Shown here: positions 1 through 11,945 of the stretch, piece by piece
How positions within the stretch are numbered: the stretch's first letter is position 1
Layout: each line of letters opens with the position of its first letter
NCBI RefSeq assembly: GCF_018350175.1
Contig: NC_058368.1
Location: 92,568,001-92,632,000 of the forward strand
Direction of reading: 5' to 3'
DNA from: Felis catus
Lineage: Eukaryota
Length of the DNA: 64,000 bases
The notes under the pieces: model-generated
Told to the model about the DNA's origin: nothing
Database searches by the model: none
Seen by the model: the letters and a program-made list of their open reading frames with translations, nothing else
Translations under genes and position numbers: made by a program

Positions 1-145
1 GTGTCATTGTCATGTGTCAGTTTTGCCTACCTTTAGCCTGGAGCTAGTAGCTTGGAGGCTCCCTCTGGTGGCTCTTGAGACAGCACAGTTTGGGCGTAAG
101 CATAGTCATCCAGACTGGCTGGGAATGATTTTTAAATTAAAAACA

Positions 146-358
146 TTTTTTTTAATGTTTATTTATTTTTAGAGAAAGAGACAGAGGACAAGAAGAGGAG
201 AGGCAGAGGGAGAGAGAGAGGAGACACAGAATCTGAAGCAGGCTCCAGGCTCAGAGCTGTCAGCACAGAGCCCGATGCGGGGCTCAAACCCACGAACCAT
301 GAGATCATGACTCGAGCCGAAGTCGCATGCTTACCTAACTGAGCCACCCAGGGGCCCC
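146..358 (-). mobile_element. Can-SINE (SINEC_Fc-like)
   Basis: Reverse complement of tRNA-derived head, CT tract and A-tail. Confidence 0.95.
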
Positions 359-1422
359 TGACTTTGGTGTTATTTGTAAGCCTGTAGGAGTCGCTCCCTG
401 GGGGGACAGAGCTTATTGTCCAGCCAGTGCTTGGTCAGAGGCTGTGCTGGAGCCCCTTGTACTAGTGAGCCTTCTGTCCTGCGTTGGTGGATCTATATGG
501 CTTGGACTGCTTTCAAGTCTGCTCTGTCCTGCTGTGATGGCTCACCAGTGGGTGTAGCCTAGCCTGTGTGCACAGCTTTTCTGATTCCCAGGTTACCTCC
601 AGGAGGGCTCTTCTTGACTGTCTCTACCCCTGGTTCTCCGTATTCAGTTGGCCACTCTGCCATTTTGTTTGTGTCATGAAACCACTGTCACTGCTCTTCA
701 CCAAGATCTCTGTTGCCTTCAACAACACCCTTAGGCACGGAGTTTGCCACTCTCCCTGGGCACCAGTGGGAGTGACACTTTAGAGGTGAGGACTAGAGAG
801 GGGGGAGCAGCCCCTCTCTATGTGGAGCCTCTGTCCCATGTGCCAGTAGTGCACAGCGGAGAAGGAGAAGGAGGATATGAATGAAGTCCTAAGGCAAATA
901 CAGATATCAAAGGACTACTCACTTCCAGGCAACAAGAGGCAAACAGCTAGGACCCAGAGACCCACAGGTATATTTGCCACTGCCCTTGAATTGGTCTCAG
1001 AGAGCCACAGTGTCCCATTTGAGGCAGAGCATTGCTTCATATCCCCTGGCTTTACACCTGCCCAAATCCAGGCAGCGCTAGGTGGGCATGAAGAGTTAAA
1101 TGTCTGGCAGGTCAATACTGCCCAGACATGGGTCACTTTTGATGGTCTGATGGTCAACCCACTTGAGACATTGGGATTTTTTCTACATACTGTGCTGACC
1201 TGCTTCCTCCTTGAAAAATTCAATGATACACTTGAGGGGAAAGGGGAATCCCCTCTTTTTTCTTGGGCCGCAATAGGTTCATTCCTTTTGCTAACAGAGT
1301 ATTTGTGTAGACCAGAAAGATAGAGCTTTTACAAATGAGCTGCGATGGGGGTGATCAGGGCACAGCATTCTGGGCTTGCTGTGTCTGGGGCAGAGTATCT
1401 GCCATAGAAGTGGGGCTGGATG

Positions 1423-1587
1423 GGGGCACCTGGGTGGCTCAGTCGGTTAAGCATCTGACTTCGGCTCAGGTCATGATCTCACGGTCCATGAGTTCGAGCC
1501 CCACGTCAGGCTCTGTGCTGACATCTCAGAGCCTGGATCCTGCTTCAGATTCCGTGTCTCCCTCTCTCTCTTCCCCTCCCCTGCTCA

Positions 1588-1623
<36 letters not shown>

Positions 1624-1650
1624 AATAAACATTAAAAAAATTAAAAAAAA
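1423..1650 (+). mobile_element. Can-SINE (SINEC_Fc-like)
   Basis: ggggcacctgggtggctcag head, (CT)n, A-tail; 17-bp TSD agaagtggggctggatg. Confidence 0.95.
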
Positions 1651-2035
1651 AGAAGTGGGGCTGGATGGGGGAAGAGAGACCGTTTCCTCTTGGCTTGGCA
1701 TAGAGCTTCTGCAACTCAGGGCTGGGGGTGAAAAAAAACACCAGTGGTCCGCTCCTTCCAGGGTAAAACCAGAGTCACAGACTACTGGGCGCTGGGGTGG
1801 GATATGGGGTGGTGCTGGAAGGAGACCCGCCATCTTCTTGGCTACAGGTTCTAGGGGTAGAGCTTTATGACATGGAAGCGATTGGAGGTAGGTGGAAATG
1901 GAGTGGATCCTGGCTCACATGGCACAGATTCTCACTGTTCTTGTTGGAACTTAATAAGATTTTGTTGAATGAATGTTTCTCCATTTGCTATATGCCTTAG
2001 GACAATTTCCAGAGCCTTTAAAGGATTGATTTACA

Positions 2036-2581
2036 GAGTTGACCCTAGAACCACCCAGTCTGAATTATGCGAGTTCACCTACATGCAGATTTTTTTTGTA
2101 AATATGGTATAGTTCTGTAAATGTATTTTCTCAATAATGTCCTTTTCTCTAGCTTACTTTATTGTAAGAAGGCATATATAATAAATATAATACACAAAAC
2201 ATGTATTAATCGACTGTATTCTTGGTAAGGCTTCTGGTTAACAGTAGGCTGTAAGTGGGGCACCTGGGTGGCTCAGTGGGTTAAGTGTCTGACTCTTGGT
2301 TTCAACTCAGGTCACGATCTCACAGTTTCATGGGTTTGAGCCCTGCACCAGGTTCTGTGCTGACAGCACAGAACCTGCTTGGGATTCTGTCTCTCCCTCT
2401 CTCTCTGCTTGTACCCCACTCACGCTGTCTCTCTCTCTCAAAAATAAATAAATAAACTTAAAAAATTATTTAAAAAAAGTAGGCTATTAGCAAAGTTTTT
2501 GGGAGTCATATATGATGCATGGATTTCTCTCTGTGCAGAAGGTAAGTACCCCCAAGCCCCATGTTATTCAAGGGTTGACTC
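2036..2581 (+). mobile_element. Tigger2a-like TcMar MITE, interrupted by a SINE
   Basis: Inverted termini agttgaccct...agggttgact; internal ttttctctagcttactttattgtaagaa and ggtaaggcttctggttaacagtaggct match the recalled Tigger2 consensus. Confidence 0.8.
2257..2478 (+). mobile_element. Can-SINE inside Tigger2a
   Basis: Head, CT tract, A-tail; TSD agtaggct. Confidence 0.95.
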
Positions 2582-3622
2582 TCTCTCTCTCTCTATATAT
2601 ATATGTATGTATTTCAACCGATTGTCTTGGTGGGAGTGGGCTCACTGGGCTCCTTACTTCATCATTCCAGAAGTCCTGCTGTTCATTTTTAACATCCCAG
2701 AATATTTAAAAACTGGACATGACCTAGGCTTCTCTCAGCTTCTGCATGGAGAAGAAAGATGTGGGAGGTTGTTGCAACCGCTGAGTGCATGGTGTTCTCC
2801 TTTTCTGATCCCTCCTCCCCCACTCTGTTCTCAACCAGAGAATTTAGGCAATTTAGGAATACTGAGTTTTCATAATCTTAAATCTTGGGGCACTAGAAGC
2901 AGAAGATCTTCCAAAGGTTCCAGGATTAGAAGGATGGGAAGTGTAAATCTACCTCTGCCCCCCCGCCCCCAGCTTGTACCTCAGTCCACGACTTTCTCCC
3001 CAGACTCTGAGTGTAGCAATGGCTTATCATTCTGTGATTCACAGTATCCCACTCTATGTCCGCTAGAAGGCAACAGAGTTGGCAATGAATGGAGTAAAGG
3101 CAGGCAACCATTTCCTGCCAAATCTGAGCGTTGACATTCTTTGAGGATCTTTAGCAGTGATTAATCTCTGCCCTGGCATGGAAGGAATGAAAGATGGATG
3201 GCAAAAGCGTTCCACTGAACTTTACAAAAACTCATTTTCAGGAAAGCGTACAGCTGGTCTGCACCTCTGTTTAATATGGCTTAGTCTTTTTCCATGAGTA
3301 TCTTTGGTTGATGCACCAGAGAAAACACGTGTGACTTAGGAGTCCTTTTCATTAACTAGAGCCCCCAAAGTAACCGTCATAGGGCAGTCTTTTGTAACAA
3401 AGCTCATTTTATACCGGTTCTAGATGATGAGAGACATTCATCTATGATAATAATGGGCTGAGGCTAATTTCCTGTTTTTCACTGATGCTTGCGAATATTG
3501 GAGAGGAAGAGTGAATGTGTAAGAGGCACATGTGAAAACTGGCTTTATTTTCAGAATTGAAAAGGCTCATTTGTTTGGGACTGAGGTGATCCACAATCTA
3601 TTTTTTCAGTTATATACCTTCT

Positions 3623-4085
3623 GTGGAAACCTGAGCCTACTAGTTGCCCCTTTATCATTTTCCTCTCTTTAGTGCTAACGGCACATCGGATTTTTAACTG
3701 GCCATATAGCCACGTAGAGTAAAGACTACCTTTCCCAGCATCCCTTGCAGGTAGGAGTGGCCATGTGACTCAGTCTGGGTCAATGGGAAGGAGGTAAAAG
3801 TATCATATGTGACTTCTGGGAAGTGTCCTTAAAGGGAGAAGTATGCTAGTCTCTGTCTTTTTTGCTGCTGGAATGACTTTATAATGGCTGGTTCTCAAGA
3901 AGTTACCTTAACATATGATGGGGCAAAAGTTGTAGAATTCTGGGTTCCTCATAATCTGTGGAACTTCTCTACATCCCTGGGCTATCCAAGTCTGGACATT
4001 TTAAATGAAAGAATAAAATCATGTTTTTAAGCCAAAATTAATTTGCCTTTACTTTCATGCAACACTGAATCTGATACTAACCTAA
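3623..4085 (+). mobile_element. MaLR solo LTR (MLT1H/I-like)
   Basis: aagactacctttcccagcatcccttgcaggtaggagtggccatgtgact motif typical of old MLT1; aataaa near the 3' end. Confidence 0.65.
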
Positions 4086-4110
4086 TCTCTTTGATGCATC
4101 ACTAGATCAA

Positions 4111-4281
4111 TTTTTTTTGAGAAGGTGCAAGAGGTGGAGGGGCAGAGGGAGAGAGAATCTTAAGCAGGCTGTATGCTCAGCAAGGAGCCCCTCATGGGGC
4201 TTGATCTCAGGACCGTGAGATCATGACTTGAGCCAAAATCAAGAGTCTGATGCTTAACCAACTGAGCTACCCAGGTGCTTG
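4111..4281 (-). mobile_element. Can-SINE (older short subfamily)
   Basis: TSD cactagatcaattttt. Confidence 0.9.
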
Positions 4282-4412
4282 CACTAGATCAATTTTTGAT
4301 TAGAAAGTAATGAACATGGTGTTAGGCTATGTTTGAAAAAGCACTGTGCCATTTTGTGATGGAAGTGGTTAATCAAAGATCACAATGATACACTGCTTTA
4401 AAAGAATAATCA

Positions 4413-4640
4413 GGGGCACCTGGGGGGCTCATTCGGTTAAGTGTCTGACTTTGGCTCAGGTCATGATCCCACGGTTCATGAGTTTGAGTGCTGCTTTGAG
4501 CTCTGTGCTGACAGCTCAGAGCCTGGAGCCTGCTTCAGATTCTATGTCTCCCTCTCTCTCTGCCCCTCCCCTAATTGTGCTCTTTTTCTCTCTCTCTCTC
4601 TCAAAAATAAATAAAAACATTAAAAAAAATTTTTTTGAAA
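4413..4640 (+). mobile_element. Can-SINE
   Basis: Head, CT tract, A-tail; TSD ~aagaataatca. Confidence 0.95.
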
Positions 4641-5075
4641 AAGGAATAATCAGATTTTAGGTATAATTGACATATAATTTACAACTATATGTGTTTAAAT
4701 TATTTAGCATATTAAATGTGACATACGTAAACATATCCTGTGAAATGTCATCCCAATTAAGATGATAAATATTTCCATCACACCCAAAGTTTCCCCCACC
4801 CTTTGTAATCCACCTTCCTGCCTCTTTCTGCTTCCTGCTCTCAATCCCCAAACCCAGGCAATCAGAAAGCTGTTTTCTCTCACTATAGATTGTGACTGAG
4901 GTTTTTTTTTATTGCAGAGTAGCATTGCATTGTAAAGCTATCACAATTCATTTATCCATTCATTTGTTTATAGTCCTTAGGTTGTTTTCTGTTTGGGTTT
5001 CACAAATAAGGCTGATCTAAACACTTGTGTGGCAGTATTTTGTGAACATCTTTTTTCACTTAACTAAAGGCTTAG

Positions 5076-5285
5076 GGGGCACCTGGGTGGCTCAATCCGT
5101 TGGGTGCCTGACTTCGGCTCAGGTTATGATCTTGTAGTCTGTGAGTTCAAGCCCCGCGTCAGGCTGTGTGCTGGCAGCTTGGAGCCTGCTTCGAACATGT
5201 GTCTCGTTCTCTCCCTGTGCCTCCCCTGCTCATGCTCTGTCTCTCTCTCTCTCACTCTCAAGAATAAACATTAAAAATTTTTTTT
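5076..5285 (+). mobile_element. Can-SINE
   Basis: TSD taaaggcttag. Confidence 0.95.
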
Positions 5286-5421
5286 GAAGTAAAGGCTTAG
5301 AAGTGGAATGGCTAGGGCATGAGTTCGGCTTCTGTATAATGTTTTAAGAAGCTGCCAAATGGTTCTCTAAAGTTTTATCTCCTCACTAGAAGTACACAAG
5401 GGTTCAGTTCCTCCACATTCT

Positions 5422-5618
5422 TTGTTTTTAATGTTTATTTTGAGAGAGAGAGCGAGAGCGAGAGCGAGAGCGAGAGAGAGAGAACAAGCAAGCTAGCAGG
5501 GGAGGGGCAGAGAAAGAGAAGGTGAGAGAATCCCAAGCAGTCTCCATGCTCTGCAGAGCCCCACCTGGGGCTTGATCCCAAGAAGTGTGAGAACATGACC
5601 TGAGGGGAAACCAAGAAT
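5422..5618 (-). mobile_element. Can-SINE lacking its 5' head, with a (GAGAGC)n tract
   Basis: Tail and body present; ends at gaaaccaagaat before the A-box. Confidence 0.85.
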
Positions 5619-5711
5619 GGGAGTTTCTTCCACCTCCTGTCACTTGATATGGTCAGTCTTTCAAATTGAAGGCATTGCAAGAGTCTTTTTTTTTTAAATT
5701 AATTTCTCCTG

Positions 5712-5928
5712 TTTTTAAATTTTTTTTAAATGTTTATTTGTTTTTGAGAAAGGGACAGAGTGAGAGTGGGGGGAGGGGCAGAGAAAGAGGGAGACACAGA
5801 ATCCGAAGCAGGCTCCAGGCTCTGACCTGTCAGCACAGAGCCTGACGAGGGGCTCAAACTCAGGAACCATGAGATCATGACCTGAGCGGAAGTTGGACGC
5901 TCAACTGACTGAGCCATCTAGATGCCCC
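5712..5928 (-). mobile_element. Can-SINE
   Basis: Full reverse-complement SINE. Confidence 0.95.
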
Positions 5929-6194
5929 GGCATTCTTCCTTCTTATATTTTTAGGTGTTTTGTTTTTTTTTTTCCCCCTGAACTTGGGCTGTTTGCTTAT
6001 ATGCACATACTGATCTGTGCTTAGCTGAATACTCAAGGGGAACTCTGCACATTATTCTAGAGTTTCTGTCTTTGTAGCTCACTTCCCTCTGATACTCTGC
6101 AAGCTCTAACCAAGCTCTAGTCTCTCCTTGAACTACCAACTCTATCTCCTCAACTAAGGAAGACTGCTAGGCTTTGCCTGGACTCCTCTTCTCT

Positions 6195-6560
6195 GTCACT
6201 TGGGTCTTCTAGAAGGATGACACTGAAACAGAGCTAGGATTACAAGAGATATATTAGGGGGTGTCATCTATGAGGAAGAAGCCAGACTGTACAGTGAAGG
6301 CTTCAGACTGCATGAAGATAGGAAGCCGATGAGAAGAAAGGGGAATCAAAGAAGGATTTAGGGGCAGCAAGTGCTTTAGAAGACAATGGATCTGACAAAG
6401 TTTCCAACCAGTCAGCAGGGGGCGCTAGAGCAAAGACTCCTGGAGAGAGTCTTGAAAGAAATGGCTATAGGTGCTATGGCATTCTCTGGGAGCTACATGG
6501 AGAGAACATGGCCTTGGTTAAAAGTTCAGGCAGATCCTGAAGGTGCTTAGAACCGTAGCC
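6195..6560 (-). mobile_element. Old ERVL-class LTR fragment (LTR16/LTR33-like)
   Basis: gggtcttctagaaggatgacactgaaacagag...gatatattagggg resembles antisense LTR16-type termini. Confidence 0.45.
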
Positions 6561-6578
6561 CTTAAGACAAACAGAAAG

Positions 6579-6803
6579 GGGGCTCCTGGGTGGTGCAGTT
6601 AGTTAAGCGTCCAACTCTGGATTTCGGCTGGGGTTGTGATCTCAGGGTTGGTGAGTTGTAGCCCCACGTCCAGCTCTGCACCGACCGTGTGGAGCCTGCT
6701 TGGGATTCTCTCTCTCCCTTTCTCTGCCCCTCCCCTGCTCATGCTCCCTTTCTCTCTCTCAAAATAAATAAATAAGTAAGCAACAAACAAACTTAAAAAA
6801 AAA
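6579..6803 (+). mobile_element. Can-SINE
   Basis: TSD aagacaaacag(a/g)aag. Confidence 0.95.
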
Positions 6804-6964
6804 AGACAAACAGGAAGTTCTTTTCCTAAGAGAGATTAAACAGCCCACCTCTACACTGCCAATTTCATTGTACTGAATAATTATAGCCTTTCTAGTGAAT
6901 ACTAACACTAAAATGAAATCTATGTTATAACATATGTTCTTTGTTGACTAAACCCCTTAACACT

Positions 6965-7085
6965 TACCCAATAAAGATTTATTGAGTCTCTGCTATGTGC
7001 TCAATACTGTTCCAGGCCCTAGAAATATGGTGTCGAATAGGCCTTGTACCTCTTCTGAGGGAGCTCACCTTCCAGTGGGGATGCA
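6965..7085 (-). mobile_element. L2 3'-end relic
   Basis: tttattgagtctctgctatgtgctcaatactgttccaggccct...ggagctcaccttccagtgggg. Confidence 0.7.
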
Positions 7086-7594
7086 TTCAGTTGGGCCATG
7101 TCATTATGGACTTAGGTATCACACAACCTAGCAAAGTATACACACCAAACTTGAGTTCTTTGGGACTTGAAGTCATTAAGTGTGGCCAGCAGAGGTGTCT
7201 ACAGGCAGGCTCCCAGAGACTGTTGAAGGCCAATCCACGGGATTTCTTCATTCTTCACTCCATGCTGACCAGCGCCAAGGAGCTGCCTCTGGAAAAAATA
7301 TGCAGGCCCTCCAGCAACTGGGGAGCCTTCGAGGAATATTCTGGCATTTACTAATGTAAGTCCACCCACCTCTGAGAATCAGTACTTCTGGTCTTGTAAC
7401 AAAGCCTAGGTCCTATTCCAAAGGCTGTATGTGTGACCTGACTTCATAACAAGGGCCAAATGCCAGTATGTTAAGAGCTCCGCGTGGGCCCAGGCTCCTC
7501 ACTCTCTCTGGTATGTCCTCATTTTAAAGTCAAGCTGTCAGTGCTTCTAATTCCATTCCAAAAAGTGAAAATTTAATTCCTGTCTCCCTGGCTC

Positions 7595-7598
<4 letters not shown>

Positions 7599-7636
<38 letters not shown>
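7599..7636. repeat. (AC)n microsatellite
   Basis: Perfect dinucleotide run. Confidence 0.98.
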
Positions 7637-7639
<3 letters not shown>

Positions 7640-8246
7640 AAGTCTGTCATTTAGTAAAATTGTTGCTATTTGTTAAAAAAAACAGACAAACTAGAAGATT
7701 GTAGGTGATAAGAATGTATAAAAATGCATAGCGTGAAAAAAGGCTTTGTAATACGTTGTATTAATTGTATTTAATTTAATTTAATTGTAATTAATACGTT
7801 GTAAGAATTGTCCAATTCACTTGTTATAAAGTAAGGCACAGACCAGACTGGCTAGTTGAGAGAACATAGTTCTTGAGGAATGGGGAGCTGTTTTCAAAAA
7901 TGAAACATGTGAAAGCATGATGAAAATCAGCTTTTGCAGGATAGGGTAATTCAGGGATTAATTTCCACTGGTAATAATTAATCAAGCCTAACATGTGTGT
8001 TCCTCTAAGTCTTAAGACTTCCCTCAGCCACTAATTTACCTGGAAGGAGATGTCAGTAAGATGATACATGGTCTAGTAATGCAATTTTCCACCAAAATCT
8101 AGTTGCACACCATTTGTGGACAGACGGCATTGAGTTTAACACCCCTTGAGGGTGTTAAAGTCTAGGCTAGGGATAGTCTAGGCTCTGTAGAGAGGCAGAT
8201 ACTCTAAGATTCTAATGTACAGCAGAATCGAGAATAGATTAGGGGT

Positions 8247-8452
8247 GGGGCACCTGGGTGGCTCAGTCAGTTAAGCTCTGACTTCGGCTCAGGCCATGAT
8301 CTCACAGTTCATGGGTTCAAGCCCCGCATCGGGCTTTGTGCCGACAGCTCAGAGTCTGGAGCCTGCTTGCATTCTGTGTCTCCCTCTCTCTCTGCTCCTT
8401 CCCTGCTCACGCTCTGTCTCTCTCTTTCAAAAATAAAATAAACATTAAAAAA
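8247..8452 (+). mobile_element. Can-SINE
   Basis: TSD aatagattagggg. Confidence 0.95.
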
Positions 8453-9199
8453 AATAGATTAGGGGCTGGGATATTCAAGTGGAAAGACCTTTCTTCCCTC
8501 CCTCCAACCCCAGTCAGCAATGCAAATATTGATTTAACCCCCTTGTCGTAGAGGTTTGGGGCAATGCTACTGAATTGATGTTTAGTATACTGTAGAAGGT
8601 GGAGCCCCTCTGAGTCTCAAACTTAGGAGGAAATTTCTGTCTCCATATAAATTGCCGAGACAGAGGAATATATTCTTTGCCATCCAGACCACCTTGCTGT
8701 TTGACATGATTTGTAGTATATTCATCTGTGAAGATAACAGATATCAGGTTATTTTTAGGTCTTCAGCAGGAAGACAACCTTTTATATTATGACTAGAGTA
8801 AAATACTACAGATACGGGCAGCTTTGTGAATTCCATTAGCCGGAGCATATGATATCCAACCTAGTCGGATGTGGTGTGGGGTGGTGGGGAGTGGTAAGGT
8901 TTCCCTGAGGAAAAGATAGACACTTCAGAGAGGAGTTAGGGCAGTGGTGGTTGATGGTAAGAGCAGTTTGGGGAGAGGCCAATACTTTGTGGAAAGCCCT
9001 CCACCAAAGGGAAGCTTGACATTTTTCAGGAACTAAGTAAAAGACAGCTTAGCTGTGAATGAAGAGAATAACAAAAGGTGAAGATAGAGAGGATGGTAGG
9101 AGGTAGATCATACCAGGTGTTGTGAAGCAGACTAAGTATGGTTTCAGCTGGAATCTCCTTTTTCCAGAAGTTCTCACTCTGTCTATCATTCATTCATTC

Positions 9200-9385
9200 A
9201 TTTTTTGGAGCCAGCCTCTGTTCTGAGCACTTGATAGACATTAACTTATTTATTCCCCCCAACAATCTAGATAGATGATATTGTTTTCCCCATTTCACAG
9301 ATAAGGAAATAGGTCAGAGCGATTAACTAACCTGTTCAAAGTTCTATGACTATTGAGTGGTAGAGCTGGGTTCCTGGTCCAGAAT
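9200..9385 (-). mobile_element. MIR relic
   Basis: Antisense MIR core ccccatttcacagataaggaaataggtcagagcgattaactaacctgttcaaag. Confidence 0.75.
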
Positions 9386-9479
9386 TATACTTCTTCCCAA
9401 GAACAATGGGATCCAGTAAAGGATTTTAAGGTAGAGGAGAAACCTCATCCATTCTGTGTGTAAGAGATTACTCTACCCA

Positions 9480-9674
9480 GGGGCACCTGGGTGGCTCAGT
9501 CGGTTAAGCGTCTGACTCTTGGTTTTGGCTCAGGTCACGATCTCAGAGTGTGTGGGTTCGAACCCCGCGCTGGGTTCTGTGCTGACAGTGTGTAGCCTGC
9601 TTGTGATTCTCTCTGCCCCTCCTTCATTCATCTTCTCTGTCTCTCTCTCTCAAAATAAATAAACTTAAAAAAAG
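9480..9674 (+). mobile_element. Can-SINE
   Basis: Perfect 18-bp TSD aagagattactctaccca. Confidence 0.95.
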
Positions 9675-9754
9675 AAGAGATTACTCTACCCAAAATGTGG
9701 AGAAGGAATCTGGTAAGAGCAGGTAGACTTGTCAGGGGTCTATTGTAATGTTCT

Positions 9755-9965
9755 AATTTTTTTTTTAATGTTTATTTATTTTTGAGAGAGAGAGACAGAG
9801 TGTGAGTGGGCAAGGGGTGGATAAAGGGAGGCACAGAATCTGAAGCAGGCTCCAGGCTCTGAGCTGTCAGCACAGAACCCGACATGGGGCTCAAACCTAT
9901 GAAGGGCGAGATCATGACCTGAGCTGAAGTTGGACGCTTAACCAACTGAACCACCCAGGCGCCTC
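9755..9965 (-). mobile_element. Can-SINE
   Basis: TSD ctattgtaat. Confidence 0.95.
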
Positions 9966-10740
9966 AACTATTGTAATATTATAAATGAGAAACGGTGGTA
10001 CCTTGGAGTACAGTGGTGACTAAGGAGATGAGATTAATTGAGGGATGTTGAGGATTCACACTTGACAGGACCTGATGATTCAAGTGTCAAGAATGCCATA
10101 CATAATACTAGCAAGAGCAAGTAAGTGGGTGGTGATGACATTTAATAAATAGGGTGCAATGACAAAGGAAGGTACAGGAAGGAAGGATTGTAATATCCAC
10201 TCATGTGTTGAGTGTAGAAGTGGAACACTAAGGAATAAGCAATTGAAGGGCATGGAGCAGATGGGTGAAGTCTGGGCTGGATTTATGAACTCGGGATTCA
10301 CCCTCACATAGATACAGTATAGATGCCAATGAAAACCTTGGGAAGGGAGAAAATTGCTGAAAGAGAGTGCAAACAGAAGAGAAGGCTGAGAGCTCAAGAA
10401 TGAAGTGGAAATCAAAAGCTAACCAATCTATCCCTCTGACAAAACTATAGCATTGCTTTGTTGTGCTGGAATACGTTTTCCAAATTGTGAAATAGTGACT
10501 GTGGGTGGTGAGACCCAGGTTTATGATTAGGATATTAGTTTAAATCTTGGCTCTGTGGCACCTTAGAAAGCAAATAAACACTAGTGGTGCTTGCTGTGGT
10601 CATGCACTGAGTGAAACTAATCTCATCTGGGATGCTTCTTGTCATCCCGGAATGAGGCTTCTGTGCTCTACTCTGGAGTGGCCCTGGATGATAAAGATAA
10701 AGGCAGATCATCACAGATGAATTCTCCATATCACAAAGGA

Positions 10741-11182
10741 AATATACATAAACACATATGTGTATGTGTGTATATATATATCTGTGTATATACAAATATA
10801 TATGCATACATACACATTAATATATATGCATACACATACACACATATATACACATATACACACATGTATAAATATATATGCACACATACATACACACATA
10901 TAAATATACATACATACATACATATAAATAATATATATACACACACATATATAAATAATATATACATACACACATAAATATATATGCATAGATATACACA
11001 CATATATATGCATACAGACACGTATATAAATATGCATACACATAAATATATATGTACACATATATACAATATATAAGTATATATGTATACATATATGTAC
11101 ACATATAACTATATGCATACATATACACATATAAATAAATATATACATATATATACACATACATACACATATATAAATACAT
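10741..11182. repeat. Long degenerate (TA/CA)n low-complexity tract
   Basis: ~440 bp made almost entirely of alternating purine-pyrimidine dinucleotides. Confidence 0.97.
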
Positions 11183-11189
11183 AAAAAGA

Positions 11190-11945
11190 TTTGCTGGAGT
11201 TCAACTTTTGCATTCCTGAAATAAACCCAACTTGATCATGATATATTACCTTTAATACATAATATATGTTTTTAATTAACAGTAGGATTCCATTCAGATA
11301 GCTGATATTTTATTTATGGTATTCACATGTGTCTTCATGAGTGAAATATGAAGGAATTGGGAGGAAATTGGAAGGAAAAAGATAAACTTTTATTATTTGC
11401 AAATGATAATATTATTTACTGTACTGAAAACAACCCAGAAAAATCAACATGAAATAAGAGAATTCATCAGGGTTGTTGAATAAATCTTTCTGTAAAAAAT
11501 GACAAAAATAATCATCTAGAAAGTATATTATTCTATCCCAAATAGTATCAAGACTATATGTATATTGGAATTAACTGAAAAACAAGACCTCTGTGCAGAA
11601 AATTTTATTTTATTTTATGCAGATTTAAAAACTTTAATAAAGAAGCTAAAGAATGAAGAGGTACTTGATATTTTTTGATGAGACAAATAGATATAAATGT
11701 CATTTTTCTACTTATTACCCCAGAAGTTTAAAATAGCCAATCAAAATTTTAGTTGGAACTATTGTGGAATTTGATAAACTTGCTCAAAAATTCATATGCA
11801 AATTGCTAAGCTAGTTATGAAAAACAAGGAGACTATAAGGAGGCACTAGGTCCACCAGATATTAATGCTACAAAGCTATAGCAATAAAATATTATGGTGT
11901 TGGTGTGAGACAAATAGATCAGTAGAGGAGAATAGAAAACTCAGT
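11190..11945. mobile_element. Old L1 ORF2 fragments in inverted arrangement (minus ~11190-11350, plus ~11365-11945)
   Basis: Minus: ISLMKTHVNTINKISA and YHDQVGFISGMQ. Plus: degenerate LLLFANDNIIY (RT FADD motif) and later ORF2-like sequence. Confidence 0.8.

Larger units (their letters stand above)
4655..5690 (-). mobile_element. Old L1M 3'-end fragment split by SINEs
   Basis: ggtataattgacatataat..., tttatccattcatttg..., agtggaatggct...ctgccaaatggttctctaaag resemble antisense L1M 3' sequence. Confidence 0.65.

Noticed and set aside
877..1323. 148-aa plus-strand ORF
   Set aside because: No recognisable domain, family similarity or exon structure; compatible with a chance ORF.
2499..3134. 211-aa ORF
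   Set aside because: Starts inside a Tigger2-like MITE and crosses a microsatellite; no recognisable protein.
10639..11182. Four overlapping 112-149-aa ORFs
   Set aside because: Translation artefacts of the TA/CA low-complexity tract.
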